DNA of 64,000 nt from Spirochaetales bacterium (GTDB lineage: Bacteria > Spirochaetota > Spirochaetia > JABEVK01). The stretch spans positions 32,001 through 96,000 of the forward strand of contig JBAXAI010000008.1 in assembly GCA_037142615.1 (NCBI GenBank). Direction: 5' to 3'. Below are positions 1 to 9,435 of the stretch, one piece after another. Under the pieces are notes generated by a model. It was not told where the DNA came from. It searched no databases and saw nothing but the letters and a program-made list of their open reading frames with translations. Positions within the stretch are counted from its first letter, which is position 1, and every line of letters begins with the position of its first letter. Made by a program: the position numbers and the translations under genes.

Positions 1-908
1 GCGGCGGCGGTGTTCGTCACCAGGAAGGCCGAACCAGCCAGACCGTTGGCGGCCACTGCCGACCCGGCGTTGAAGCCGAACCACCCCACCCACAGCATAC
101 CGGCACCGATGAAGGTGAACCCGATGTTGTTGGGAATGATCGAATCCTTGCCGTAGCGAACCCGGGGCCCGAGCAGAAGAGCCAGAACCAGTGCCGAGAC
201 ACCGGAGCTGATGTGCACCACCAAACCACCGGCAAAGTCGAGCGTGTTGCTCTTGGGAACGCCGAACAGCGCACCGATCGAGCTTTGCGAGTCAAACACG
301 CTCAGCCAACCGCCGCCCCAAACCATGTGGGCCAACGGAGCATAGACCACGAGCGACCAAAGAGCCGAGAAGAGGATCCAGGCCGTGATGCTCATGCGTT
401 CCACCACAGCACCCGAAATCAGGGCGACGGTGATGATGGCAAACATCAGCTGGAACATCGAAAAGACATTCTCAGGAATCAGATACCACGTCGAGTCGCG
501 CGTCACCCCGTTCAGGAAGAGCTTCGAAAAGTCCCCCAAAATACCCGGAATGATTTCCTTGGCGCTGAAGGCCATGGAGTATTGCGCCACCACCCAGACG
601 ATGCTCACCACGACGGCAGAAGCCATCGAGTAATACATCGTCGACAGGATGTTCTTGCGGCGGACCATGCCACCGTAGAACAAGGCCAAGCCGGGTACAG
701 TCATGAGCAGAACCAACGCCGCCGAAGTCAACATCCAGGCGGTGTCACCCGCTCCGTGTGCCGAGGTGATCGAGGCCTTCAGTCCGTCGAGATCTGCGTT
801 GGTCAGCGCTGCGACCGCCGCAGGGTCAGGCTTGGCGTCCTGTGCGAAACCCAAGAGCGGGGTTCCTACCAGGGCTGCCACCAGCACCAGTTTTAACAAT
901 CGTTTCAT
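1..908 (-). CDS. amtB: Ammonium transporter (Amt family), 3'-truncated at window edge
   Basis: Not in the ORF track because it runs off the edge. Manual translation from ATG at 908 (SD AAGGAGGAGG) gives a signal-like N-terminus, then [55 protein letters not shown] and [11 protein letters not shown], which are Amt hallmark motifs. Confidence 0.96.
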   Translation of the reverse strand, partial: MKRLLKLVLVAALVGTPLLGFAQDAKPDPAAVAALTNADLDGLKASITSAHGAGDTAWMLTSAALVLLMTVPGLALFYGGMVRRKNILSTMYYSMASAVVVSIVWVVAQYSMAFSAKEIIPGILGDFSKLFLNGVTRDSTWYLIPENVFSMFQLMFAIITVALISGAVVERMSITAWILFSALWSLVVYAPLAHMVWGGGWLSVFDSQSSIGALFGVPKSNTLDFAGGLVVHISSGVSALVLALLLGPRVRYGKDSIIPNNIGFTFIGAGMLWVGWFGFNAGSAVAANGLAGSAFLVTNTAA

Positions 909-1215
909 TTCCTCCTCCTTAGGTAGGTCTGGCATCAACATACCAAGAGTTCGTTCCCTGCGAAATACCAAAATGTCGCAATCATATCAGCAGGACCTCA
1001 CTTACTACATATTTGTACTATTTCCCGTGCATTCTTCCTCTTGGAAGTAATCCCAGCCGAATCGACCCACAGTTCTTTTTGGAATAACAACTTAGTTGAA
1101 GTTCGTTTTCGGTCGGGCAACACACTTTGGAAGCTTCTGAGCGGAAATACCCTTGAAATACGTATACATCCGTTGGTGGTTTTTCGCGGAAGTTTTTTGG
1201 GTGGGGGGCTTTTCC

Positions 1216-1244
1216 TTGAATTGCCGGGAGGTCAGGGCTACACT
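1216..1244 (+). promoter_or_regulatory. Sigma70-like promoter, probably leaderless
   Basis: TTGAAT-17 nt-TACACT; ATG at 1253 lies 8 nt after the -10 box with no SD between. Confidence 0.55.
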
Positions 1245-1252
1245 GTAGACCT

Positions 1253-2140
1253 ATGATCAAGGGTTTTACCAATCGAGAACCACAGGACGGCAAACTGGCT
1301 CTCACCAACGGGGGATCGTTGTCCCTGTTCTTTCTGGGGGTCGGCGGCGCGTTCTCGAAGCGTCACTACCAGACCAACCTCTTGGTGGTGAAGGGCGAAG
1401 ACCACTTGATGGTGGATTGCGGCACCAAAACCCCCCAGGCCTTCTTTGAGCTCGGGCTTCCCATCGCCCACGTCAAAAACTTCTTCCTGACGCATTCGCA
1501 CGCTGACCACATCGGCGGCCTCGAAGAAGTGATGCTCATCGCCCGCTACGGAACCAACACCCGACCCCACGTGTGGATCACCGAGGCCTATCAATCTTCG
1601 CTGTGGGACATGAGCCTTCGCGGAGGGAGCGCCTTCAACGAGGAGACGGCAGGCAAGAACCTCACCTTTGGCGACATGTGGCAGGTCCACCGCCCTGGAT
1701 GGCTCAAGAACTACCCCCGGGAAACCTGGGAGTTCGACGTTGGTGGTATCAACTTCAAGGCCTTTCGCACCATGCACTTTCCGGGCAATTCCTCCAGTTG
1801 GGTCGATAGCGCCTGGAGTACCGGCCTGGTGATCGACAACCGGATCTTCTATTCGGGCGATACCAAGTTTGACCGGGATCTTGTGCTGAGTTTCGACGCA
1901 CTGTTCCCCATCGAGACTTACTTCCACGACTGTCAGTTCTTGCCGCCGGGGGGAGTTCACGCGTCCATCGAGGAACTCAAGACGCTGCCACCCAAGATCA
2001 AGGCGAAGATGGTGTTGATGCACTACGGGGACGACTGGGAGAAGAAGGAGTCACTGGTGGCTGACTACGGTTTCCGGGGCCTCGCCCGCCAGTGGTCCTG
2101 GTATGACTACGCCAAGGCAAGCAAGGCCGGCAAGGCGTAA
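1253..2140 (+). CDS. MBL-fold metallo-hydrolase (RNase Z/phosphodiesterase-like)
   Basis: LGVGGAF, VDCG, THSHADHIGG, YSGDT and LMHY motifs. Confidence 0.88.
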   Translation: MIKGFTNREPQDGKLALTNGGSLSLFFLGVGGAFSKRHYQTNLLVVKGEDHLMVDCGTKTPQAFFELGLPIAHVKNFFLTHSHADHIGGLEEVMLIARYGTNTRPHVWITEAYQSSLWDMSLRGGSAFNEETAGKNLTFGDMWQVHRPGWLKNYPRETWEFDVGGINFKAFRTMHFPGNSSSWVDSAWSTGLVIDNRIFYSGDTKFDRDLVLSFDALFPIETYFHDCQFLPPGGVHASIEELKTLPPKIKAKMVLMHYGDDWEKKESLVADYGFRGLARQWSWYDYAKASKAGKA

Positions 2141-2760
2141 ACATCGTCCATCGATTCCACCAAGACGCCACCTGAGCCCCGCGAAACCGGCACTTCGAGG
2201 TCGACAGGGTAGCGATCACCGATGGCCACCACTTGGGTCGGAGCCAGGTCGAGCGCGCTGTAGGCCAGGTCGAACGCCCGAGGGTGCGGCTTCGAGTGCC
2301 CGCTCTCGTCCAACCCGATGATGCGCGGAAAGTACTTTTCGACTCCGAGCGCCACCAAGGTTCGCCGGGCGATATCGGCGGGGTTGTTCGTCACCAGCAC
2401 CAGTTTGGCCCGGGATTCCAGCTGTTCCAAAGCGGCGATGAGCCGTTCGTCGCGCACCAGGTAGTCTTCCGGCCGAATGGCGCGGCGCCGCAGTTCTACA
2501 CTTTGGGCAATAGGCACGCCAAGCGCGCCCAGCAGCGTGTTCCCGAAACTGGGCTTTTTGCCAGCGTTGGCAGCGCGGAAGTCCGCGTCCCAGGCGTCGA
2601 TCGCGGTTTCGAGGTCAGCAACGGTTCGGCCGAGGTCTTGGGCCAGCAGCACAACTTGATTTTTGAGCTGGGAAGAATAATAGTCGTCGTGGCGATAGAG
2701 CGTGAGGTCCATGTCGAAGATCAGGCCGCGTACGGCGGCGCCGAGGTTGTAGGTAACCAT
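2107..2760 (-). CDS. HAD-superfamily hydrolase
   Basis: FDMDLTL (motif I), VTNN, SKPHP and IGDRYPVD motifs. Confidence 0.9.
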   Translation of the reverse strand: MVTYNLGAAVRGLIFDMDLTLYRHDDYYSSQLKNQVVLLAQDLGRTVADLETAIDAWDADFRAANAGKKPSFGNTLLGALGVPIAQSVELRRRAIRPEDYLVRDERLIAALEQLESRAKLVLVTNNPADIARRTLVALGVEKYFPRIIGLDESGHSKPHPRAFDLAYSALDLAPTQVVAIGDRYPVDLEVPVSRGSGGVLVESMDDVYALPALLALA

Positions 2761-2761
2761 T

Positions 2762-3760
2762 GTGAATTCCGAATTTCATTACTATACGACGTGGTTCCTG
2801 GCGGTCAAGGCAGGGTTTTCGGACCCGGAAGCAGCTCGACTGTCGTGGGCTTGTCAGTATACCGACCACCACAACCGCGCAGTGGTTATCCGCCACCCCC
2901 GAGGTGTGCTGGAGTCGCGGCCTTCGCAAAACTACTCCTTTTGGGAAGATTCGGTGATTCAGGAGGCCTACCTACCGTTCCACTTCTTCCCCTCGTGGGA
3001 GCCGATGTCCAGCGTTCGTATTGACGGGCTGGTCTCGCCGCGCGATGTGCGGCCCAACAGTCCGGGCGTGAAGGCATTGCTGGTCGCCGCGCTGCGCACC
3101 CGAAATCTGGAACGGATCGGCATCGCCCTGCATACTTTTGCCGACAGTTGGGCCCATCAGAACTTCACCGCGTGGGCTGAGGACTTCAACCGCCTGCCGA
3201 CCGGCGCACGGGTGGACCCGTCGCAGGGCCTGCCGGCCCCCGGTCATTCGCAGGCCGGCTGGCAACCCGACGAGTGGCTTACCGAGTGGACGGACTCCCG
3301 CTTGAACGAGAGCCGGATTGTCAACCGCGTTCGCTATCTGGACTGCGCAGGGAAGATTTACCGCTACCTGTGCGTGTTTCGGGGTCGCGAGTTTGCCGAT
3401 CAAAGCGCCGTACTGGCCGAGCTCGAGACCTACATTCTGGCCGGACGCGGGCGCGATACAACGGCCGAGCGTATGCTAGATCTGGTTATTGCTTGCAGCA
3501 TGGAACCTTACGACCGGGATGGTCCGGTCGGGCGCGCCGTCGAGTTGCCTGTGGAAGACGAAAGCCCGTTGCCTGCGCTCGACCACATCCGTCACCTCGG
3601 CCGGGAATTGTGGAACCGTACCGGTCTGGCGGCCCCGAGAGAACTGACGGCCAAGCCCGGCTTCGAGGACAGCGCTTACGCGTCTTGGCTGCGCGCGGCT
3701 GACGAGCATCGGTCGTTGGCGCTCGGTCTGGTGCGGGAAAACTCGGGGTCGATTCTATGA
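2762..3760 (+). CDS. DUF6765-like protein with possible Zn-binding PLC/P1-like motif
   Basis: N-terminal EFHYY..A..AGF..A..QY.D, PFHFFP and GIALHTFADSWAHQNF motifs; GTG start. Confidence 0.65.
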   Translation: MNSEFHYYTTWFLAVKAGFSDPEAARLSWACQYTDHHNRAVVIRHPRGVLESRPSQNYSFWEDSVIQEAYLPFHFFPSWEPMSSVRIDGLVSPRDVRPNSPGVKALLVAALRTRNLERIGIALHTFADSWAHQNFTAWAEDFNRLPTGARVDPSQGLPAPGHSQAGWQPDEWLTEWTDSRLNESRIVNRVRYLDCAGKIYRYLCVFRGREFADQSAVLAELETYILAGRGRDTTAERMLDLVIACSMEPYDRDGPVGRAVELPVEDESPLPALDHIRHLGRELWNRTGLAAPRELTAKPGFEDSAYASWLRAADEHRSLALGLVRENSGSIL

Positions 3761-5094
3761 TCAAACTGCTGCTGCTTCTGCTGACCCTGTCCTCACCTCT
3801 CCTGGAGGCTCAGTCGTCGCTGGAAACAGGACTGGTCCTGCCCGAGGGCTTTCAGGGGCTCGTTCCGCTGCCGCCAAGCCAAGGAAATTATCGGCTGGAG
3901 GTGCTCTCGGGGCCGGGGCTCATTCCCGAGGCTCACGTCGAACGCTCCCTTCCAGAGGGCTGGCTCGCAGTGGCCGGCAACACCCGGCCCGACGGGTCCC
4001 GCCAGTCCAGGATCGACTTGACGGCGCGGGGAGAGACCTTGCGCGTTCGTTTTCCGACAGCGCTCAGGGCGCAGGCTACGCTGACCTGGCGTCCCTTGGG
4101 TTTTGCGACACTCCAGAGTCAACTCCAGGAAACCTTTTCGGGAGCACTCGCGCAGACCACAGCCCTCAGAGCCCGCGTCTTGTCGGTTCCGCCCGTCTTT
4201 TCGCTCGCTCGCACCGTTCTGGATGCGCAGGGCTCCGCGTGGACGGTACTCGCGTCGGCGGACCGGCGAAGCGTTCAACTGTGGTCCCCCAACCGGGGCT
4301 CAGCGATCGGTGACCCGCTTTTTGCCCCCCAGGGCTGGACAGAAATGAAACTGACCTTGGATGCCGAAGGACGGCTCCTGTTGTTGTTGGAGGCGCCTGC
4401 TGGAGCTTCCAACAGCAGCCTGTTCACCTGGACCGGGTCGGCTTGGGCCGCCGAAGCTTTTCCTGCGGCCTGGACGGGACCCTTTTCGTGGACCAAAGGC
4501 CCGACCCTTTGGGGAATAGCGGGCACAGCAACGGGCCGAAGTGTACGGCTGGAATCGGCGCGCTGGTTGTCGCCGGGTTGGGGGCGTATCCGGAGTGAGG
4601 CGGAACTCAGCACCCCCGCGTACCGCTTGGCAGAAACCGCTCAGGCGCTGTTTCTCGCTCTGCCGGGCCCCAGCGGGGGAATCTCGCGCCGCCTGACGGC
4701 CCCAAACTCGGTGTGGACAGCTCTCGGTGGACCGCAGTTCGCTTCCCTGCCGCTGCTGGGAACGCTGGACGAGGCTTTGGCAGTGCTTGGTCAGGGCACG
4801 GGCAATGGGATGCAGATCTGGTCGACCGCAGGCTGGCAAACCTTCGACCTTCCTTCCCGCCCGTTGCGGCTCTCGAACGGACCGGGGGTCCTGTTAGGCT
4901 GGACGGAAAGCCGGGATCTGCTTCAATTCGATGGTGTCGGTTGGAGGACGCCACTGGCGCTGTCCTCTCTGACCCCTGCGCCCGGTCCTTGGGAGGCCGA
5001 GTTCCTGCCTCCGGAGCCGGGGGCAAAGTCAGGAACCCTGGTGCTTTCCAGGGCTACCGAGACGCGGCGCCTCGACCTCTACGACTTGCCTTAA
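3757..5094 (+). CDS. Exported hypothetical protein (Trp/Gly-rich, possible beta-propeller)
   Basis: Signal peptide MIKLLLLLLTLSSPLLEA; ATGA overlap with the upstream gene; recurring W-x-G-x-x-W motifs. Confidence 0.65.
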   Translation: MIKLLLLLLTLSSPLLEAQSSLETGLVLPEGFQGLVPLPPSQGNYRLEVLSGPGLIPEAHVERSLPEGWLAVAGNTRPDGSRQSRIDLTARGETLRVRFPTALRAQATLTWRPLGFATLQSQLQETFSGALAQTTALRARVLSVPPVFSLARTVLDAQGSAWTVLASADRRSVQLWSPNRGSAIGDPLFAPQGWTEMKLTLDAEGRLLLLLEAPAGASNSSLFTWTGSAWAAEAFPAAWTGPFSWTKGPTLWGIAGTATGRSVRLESARWLSPGWGRIRSEAELSTPAYRLAETAQALFLALPGPSGGISRRLTAPNSVWTALGGPQFASLPLLGTLDEALAVLGQGTGNGMQIWSTAGWQTFDLPSRPLRLSNGPGVLLGWTESRDLLQFDGVGWRTPLALSSLTPAPGPWEAEFLPPEPGAKSGTLVLSRATETRRLDLYDLP

Positions 5095-5122
5095 CCGGCC
5101 CTCCGGGGTACACTCCGTTCCC

Positions 5123-6757
5123 ATGATCACCGCCACCAACATTTCTCTGGCCTTCGGCAAACGCTTTCTGTTCAAAGAAGTTAACCTCAAGTTCACTCCC
5201 GGCAACTGCTACGGGCTGATCGGAGCCAACGGCGCCGGCAAGTCAACCTTCCTGAAAATTCTCTCGGGGGAGATCGAGCCGGACTCGGGCGAGGTGACCA
5301 TTCCTCCCAACTACCGGCTGGCGGTGCTGGGTCAGGACCAGTTCGCGTACGACGAATACACGGTGCTCAATACCGTGATCGTGGGTCACGCGAAGCTCTG
5401 GTCAGTCATGCAGGAACGCGAGGCCCTGTACGCCAAGGATGACCTGAACGACGACGAGGGCATGCGGGTGGCCGAGCTCGAAGGTGAGTTTGCCGAGATG
5501 GGCGGTTGGGAAGCCGAAAGTGAGGCCGGAACCCTGCTCGACGGCCTGGGAATTTCCGAAAACTCACACGCCAAGCTGATGCGCGATCTTGACCCCAGCG
5601 AAAAAGTGCGGGTGCTTCTGGCTCAGGCGCTGTTTGGCAACCCCGATGTGCTGCTGCTCGACGAACCCACCAACCACCTTGACCTCGAGTCGATCACCTG
5701 GCTCAACAACTTCCTTGAGAACTTTCCCAACACCGTGATCGTGGTCAGCCACGACCGGCACTTCCTCAACCAGGTGTGCACGCACATTGCCGACGTCGAT
5801 TACGGCGCGATCAACCTTTACGTGGGCAACTACGACTTCTGGTACCAAATGAGCCAAATGCTGGTCCGGCAAAAGAAAGAAGAAAAGAGGCGCTCGGAAG
5901 ACAAGGCTGCGGAGCTCAAGGCCTTCATCGCCCGCTTTGCTTCGAACGCTTCCAAAGCGAGGCAAGCGACAAGCCGTCAGAAACTGCTGGAGAAGCTGGA
6001 CCTAGACAGTCTCAAGCCGTCGAGCCGCAAGTTCCCCTACATTGGCTTCAAGGCCGAGCGAGAGTGCGGCAAGGTGATCGTCACCGTGAAAAACCTTTGC
6101 AAGACCATCGAAGGCGTCAAGGTGCTCGACAACATCAGTTTCACCATCGAAACCGGCGAAAAGGCCGCCTTTCTGGGTGACAGCCAGAAGAAGACCGCCC
6201 TGTTTGAGATTCTTGGCGGCGAGCTGGCAGCCGACTCCGGGACCATTGAGTGGGGCCAAACGATTCTCAAGACGTACTTTCCCAACGACAACAGCCGGTA
6301 CTTCCAGAGCGACATGAGCCTGGTCGAATGGCTGGCTCAGTACAGCAAGGAGCAGGACGAGACCTACCTCCGTGGTTTCCTGGGGCGCATGCTGTTTTCG
6401 GGCGACGAGGCCCTCAAGCCTGTCAACGTGCTCTCGGGGGGCGAAAAGGTTCGCTGCATGATGAGCAAGATGATGATGGTGGGCGCCAACCTGCTGATTC
6501 TCGACGAGCCGACCAACCACCTTGACCTCGAATCGATCACCACCCTCAACACCGCCATGAACGAGTTCACCGAGGTCATTCTGTTCACCAGCCACGACCA
6601 CGAACTCAACGCCACGGCGGCCAACCGCATCATCGAGTTCACGCCCATGGGCATGATCGACCGCAAGATCACCTTCGAAGAGTACTTGGCCAGCGCCGAG
6701 GTGCGTAAACTCCGCGACACTCATTACCATGGACACGTGCGGTTGACGCTGGACTGA
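5123..6757 (+). CDS. ABC-F family ATP-binding protein (YbiT/YkpA-like)
   Basis: Two ABC domains (GANGAGKST; LLDEPTNHLD twice), linker, no TM segments; TTGCCT-17-TACACT promoter at 5086-5114. Confidence 0.93.
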   Translation: MITATNISLAFGKRFLFKEVNLKFTPGNCYGLIGANGAGKSTFLKILSGEIEPDSGEVTIPPNYRLAVLGQDQFAYDEYTVLNTVIVGHAKLWSVMQEREALYAKDDLNDDEGMRVAELEGEFAEMGGWEAESEAGTLLDGLGISENSHAKLMRDLDPSEKVRVLLAQALFGNPDVLLLDEPTNHLDLESITWLNNFLENFPNTVIVVSHDRHFLNQVCTHIADVDYGAINLYVGNYDFWYQMSQMLVRQKKEEKRRSEDKAAELKAFIARFASNASKARQATSRQKLLEKLDLDSLKPSSRKFPYIGFKAERECGKVIVTVKNLCKTIEGVKVLDNISFTIETGEKAAFLGDSQKKTALFEILGGELAADSGTIEWGQTILKTYFPNDNSRYFQSDMSLVEWLAQYSKEQDETYLRGFLGRMLFSGDEALKPVNVLSGGEKVRCMMSKMMMVGANLLILDEPTNHLDLESITTLNTAMNEFTEVILFTSHDHELNATAANRIIEFTPMGMIDRKITFEEYLASAEVRKLRDTHYHGHVRLTLD

Positions 6758-6766
6758 GTTGGAAGG

Positions 6767-8758
6767 CTACACTTCGGCGAAAGTGAGCACTTCCCGGCGC
6801 GCGTCGGCGGCGACGACCTTGAGGGTCAGCGCGCCGCCGAGGGGGTGCTTGCGGGTGAGTTTGACCAAAGCGCGGTAACCCAAATCGGTCAGCAGGACCT
6901 GTGCTTGCGCTTCGTCGTCGCGGAACCACCCGACGATGACCGCCGGCCAGGTCTTTCCTTTTTGGCGGGCCAAATACTCGGTGATCCAGTAGCGGTCGGC
7001 GTTGCGCTCCAGACGGGCAGACTGCGCGTTCAAAGGATCGAGTTCAGCGGCCAAGGTGGCCAACGCTTCCGAGTCCAACGGGGGAACTTCACCTGCGGCC
7101 GCGGCCTTGAGCTGCCGGTGTACGGCCAAGTCGCCGTAGCGCCGGATGGGACTGGTCGCCTGAACGTAGCTCGGTAGGCCAAGGCCCGCGTGGGGACCGG
7201 CTTCCTGCGACAACAACGAACGCGTCATCGTCACGATCTTGCCAAACTCGCGGGCGGGTCCTTCGGGCAGGTGGCTCACGTCGACCGGGTCACCGGCGCG
7301 TTGCACCCGGTACAGCACGGGAATCTGTTTTTCCGCCGCAAAACGGGCTGCCGCTTCACCGGCCAGCACCATGAACTCGGCCACCCAATCCCGGGCAGCC
7401 TCGGCGGCGTAAACACCTACGTTTACCGTTCCTGCAGACAGATCAACTTTCACTTCCGACTCGGGGAGGTGGATCATCACCGCGCCCTGAGCGATTCGCC
7501 ACGCCTCACGCAAGCGGGCTGCGGTGGCGAGCGCGACGAGCAGTGGGTCACCCGCCGAAGCGAGCTCCTGGGCCTGCTGGTAGTTCAACCTGCGGTCGAC
7601 GCGGATGGTACTCGCCTCCACGGTGAGGTCGATCAACGCCCCGTCGGCGCCCAGCACACAACCGAAGCTCAGCGCGGCGCTTTCGACACCTGGCCTGAGG
7701 CTGAAAGGACCTTCGGCAAGGACAGGGGGAAACATGGTGAATCGGCCCGAGGGCAAGTACACCGTGGTGCCCCGACGGCGGGCTTCCAGGTCGAGAGCCG
7801 AATCGCGGGCAACCCAGTGTCCGGGGTCCGCAATGTGGATCCAGTACTTCAGCCTGCCGTCAGATAGCGTCTCAAGCGCCAAGGCGTCGTCCACCTCGGT
7901 CGTGGTGTCGTCGTCGATGGTCAGGCTGGCAAGGGCTGTCAGGTCGATCCGCGAACCGGAGTCCGGCGGTGCCCGGAGCAAAGACAACGCGGCAGCCTCC
8001 AACTCGGGTTCGAAGGCCGGGCTGAGACCCGCTCGAAGCACATCGAGGTTCTCGTGACGGTGCCAAAGCCCGAGGTCCACCAAAAACTGAAGGGCCGAGG
8101 CTTCGGTTTGAGGCCGGCCGGCCAGCTTGAGCAGATCCAGAGCGGCGTGCTTGTCCGCAGCCTCTTCGCCGAACAAAGCCAGCTTCTTCACGGCCTCGAA
8201 GCGTTCCAAGTCCTGGGGCTCCAGGTGGGAAGTTTTGTCGGCAAGGCGTGCTTCGAGGCGGCCGGCCAGTTCGGCCTGCAGCTTCTCTTTGGAGGCCAAG
8301 GCCGACTGTTGCTTGCGCAATTCCTCAACCTGACCAGCGGAACGGGCCTCAAAGCGCCCGCCTTTTTCCTTGAAAAACAACCGGTCGGCCTCAAGACTGG
8401 TGAAAAGTGCCCACGCCCGCTCGCCGGTGAGCGAATCCCACAGACAGCCGCCCAAAACCTCCAGCGAATACGGTCCTGGACCATCCGTCGAGAGGAGCTC
8501 CCAAACGGTAGCCAGATCCACGTCGCCCAGACAACCCTTGGCCTTCGTGGCCCAATCGTTCAGGCCCGAAGCGGTGACCCAAGGTTTGGGGTCGAGTTTC
8601 CATTCAGTCGTTGAGAACACGATATCGCGCTGTGCGACGGTGAGGCTGTTGCCAAAAGTGTCGGTAACGCGAAGCGAGTTCTTGCCTTCGGGACCCTCCA
8701 CGACGGCGAGACGTGGATGACCCTTGACAGGAAAAGAAACTACCGCGCCTTTTTCCAT
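6767..8758 (-). CDS. Ribonuclease II / RNB-domain exoribonuclease
   Basis: TIDDDTTTEVDDAL catalytic region, HIAD, TVYLP, HAGLG and ATSPIRRYGDL motifs. Confidence 0.9.
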   Translation of the reverse strand: MEKGAVVSFPVKGHPRLAVVEGPEGKNSLRVTDTFGNSLTVAQRDIVFSTTEWKLDPKPWVTASGLNDWATKAKGCLGDVDLATVWELLSTDGPGPYSLEVLGGCLWDSLTGERAWALFTSLEADRLFFKEKGGRFEARSAGQVEELRKQQSALASKEKLQAELAGRLEARLADKTSHLEPQDLERFEAVKKLALFGEEAADKHAALDLLKLAGRPQTEASALQFLVDLGLWHRHENLDVLRAGLSPAFEPELEAAALSLLRAPPDSGSRIDLTALASLTIDDDTTTEVDDALALETLSDGRLKYWIHIADPGHWVARDSALDLEARRRGTTVYLPSGRFTMFPPVLAEGPFSLRPGVESAALSFGCVLGADGALIDLTVEASTIRVDRRLNYQQAQELASAGDPLLVALATAARLREAWRIAQGAVMIHLPESEVKVDLSAGTVNVGVYAAEAARDWVAEFMVLAGEAAARFAAEKQIPVLYRVQRAGDPVDVSHLPEGPAREFGKIVTMTRSLLSQEAGPHAGLGLPSYVQATSPIRRYGDLAVHRQLKAAAAGEVPPLDSEALATLAAELDPLNAQSARLERNADRYWITEYLARQKGKTWPAVIVGWFRDDEAQAQVLLTDLGYRALVKLTRKHPLGGALTLKVVAADARREVLTFAEV

Positions 8759-9408
8759 TTCACTTTCGGGTCAACCATGAGATAGGCGTACCCAGTGGAC
8801 ATATCTTCGTTGTGGATCAGCACGCCCTTGATCCCGTCGGGGACCCTGAGTTTGACACTGGCGAAGTTCAAGACCTTTTTCACTCCGGCCAGCAGCACCT
8901 TGGTGCAGATCTCCTGAGCCTCGTGGGGTGGCACGGAGAGAATGGCAATTGTCACGGGATTCTTGCCCAGGAAGGGAGTCAGTTCGTCGATGTCACGCAC
9001 TTTGATGCCGTGGTATTTTTTGCCGACTTTGACCGGGTCGTTGTCGAACGCAGCGACGATGTTGAGGCCGTTCATGCGGAACTCGGCGTAGCCCAGCAAG
9101 GCGGTGCCCAGGTTTCCGCAGCCGATGATGATGGCGGGGTTGGTCTGATCCCAGCGAAGGAATCGCTCCAGGGCGGCGATCAGGTCTTTGACCACGTAGC
9201 CGACGCGTGGCTTTCCGACGATTCCGGTCACGGCAAGGTCTTTTCGCACCTGAATGGGCTCCAGGATGAGCTCTTCGGCGATCGTGGTTCCCGAAATGAC
9301 TAGAACTCCGTCCTTTTCGGCCTGCCGGACAATCTGCAGGTACGCAGGCAGTCGGAGGGTGGTGGGTTTGCTCGTCGCTTCCCTGTCTACGGTTCTGGAT
9401 CGTTTCAT
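8740..9408 (-). CDS. rex: Redox-sensing transcriptional repressor Rex
   Basis: RLPAYL, QVRKDL, G.P.VGY and Rossmann GCGNLG motifs. Confidence 0.92.
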   Translation of the reverse strand: MKRSRTVDREATSKPTTLRLPAYLQIVRQAEKDGVLVISGTTIAEELILEPIQVRKDLAVTGIVGKPRVGYVVKDLIAALERFLRWDQTNPAIIIGCGNLGTALLGYAEFRMNGLNIVAAFDNDPVKVGKKYHGIKVRDIDELTPFLGKNPVTIAILSVPPHEAQEICTKVLLAGVKKVLNFASVKLRVPDGIKGVLIHNEDMSTGYAYLMVDPKVKWKKAR

Positions 9409-9435
9409 GATTCTTTCACTTCCCTCCTACTAGAT

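Noticed and set aside
213-896. Plus-strand 227-aa ORF
   Set aside because: Antisense shadow of amtB
931-945. Possible sigma54 promoter upstream of amtB (TGGTATGTTGATGC, minus strand)
   Set aside because: GG-to-GC spacing is 9 nt, not the required 10
2760-2779. TTGTGAA half-site resembling a Rex box
   Set aside because: No matching TTCACAA half at the expected spacing
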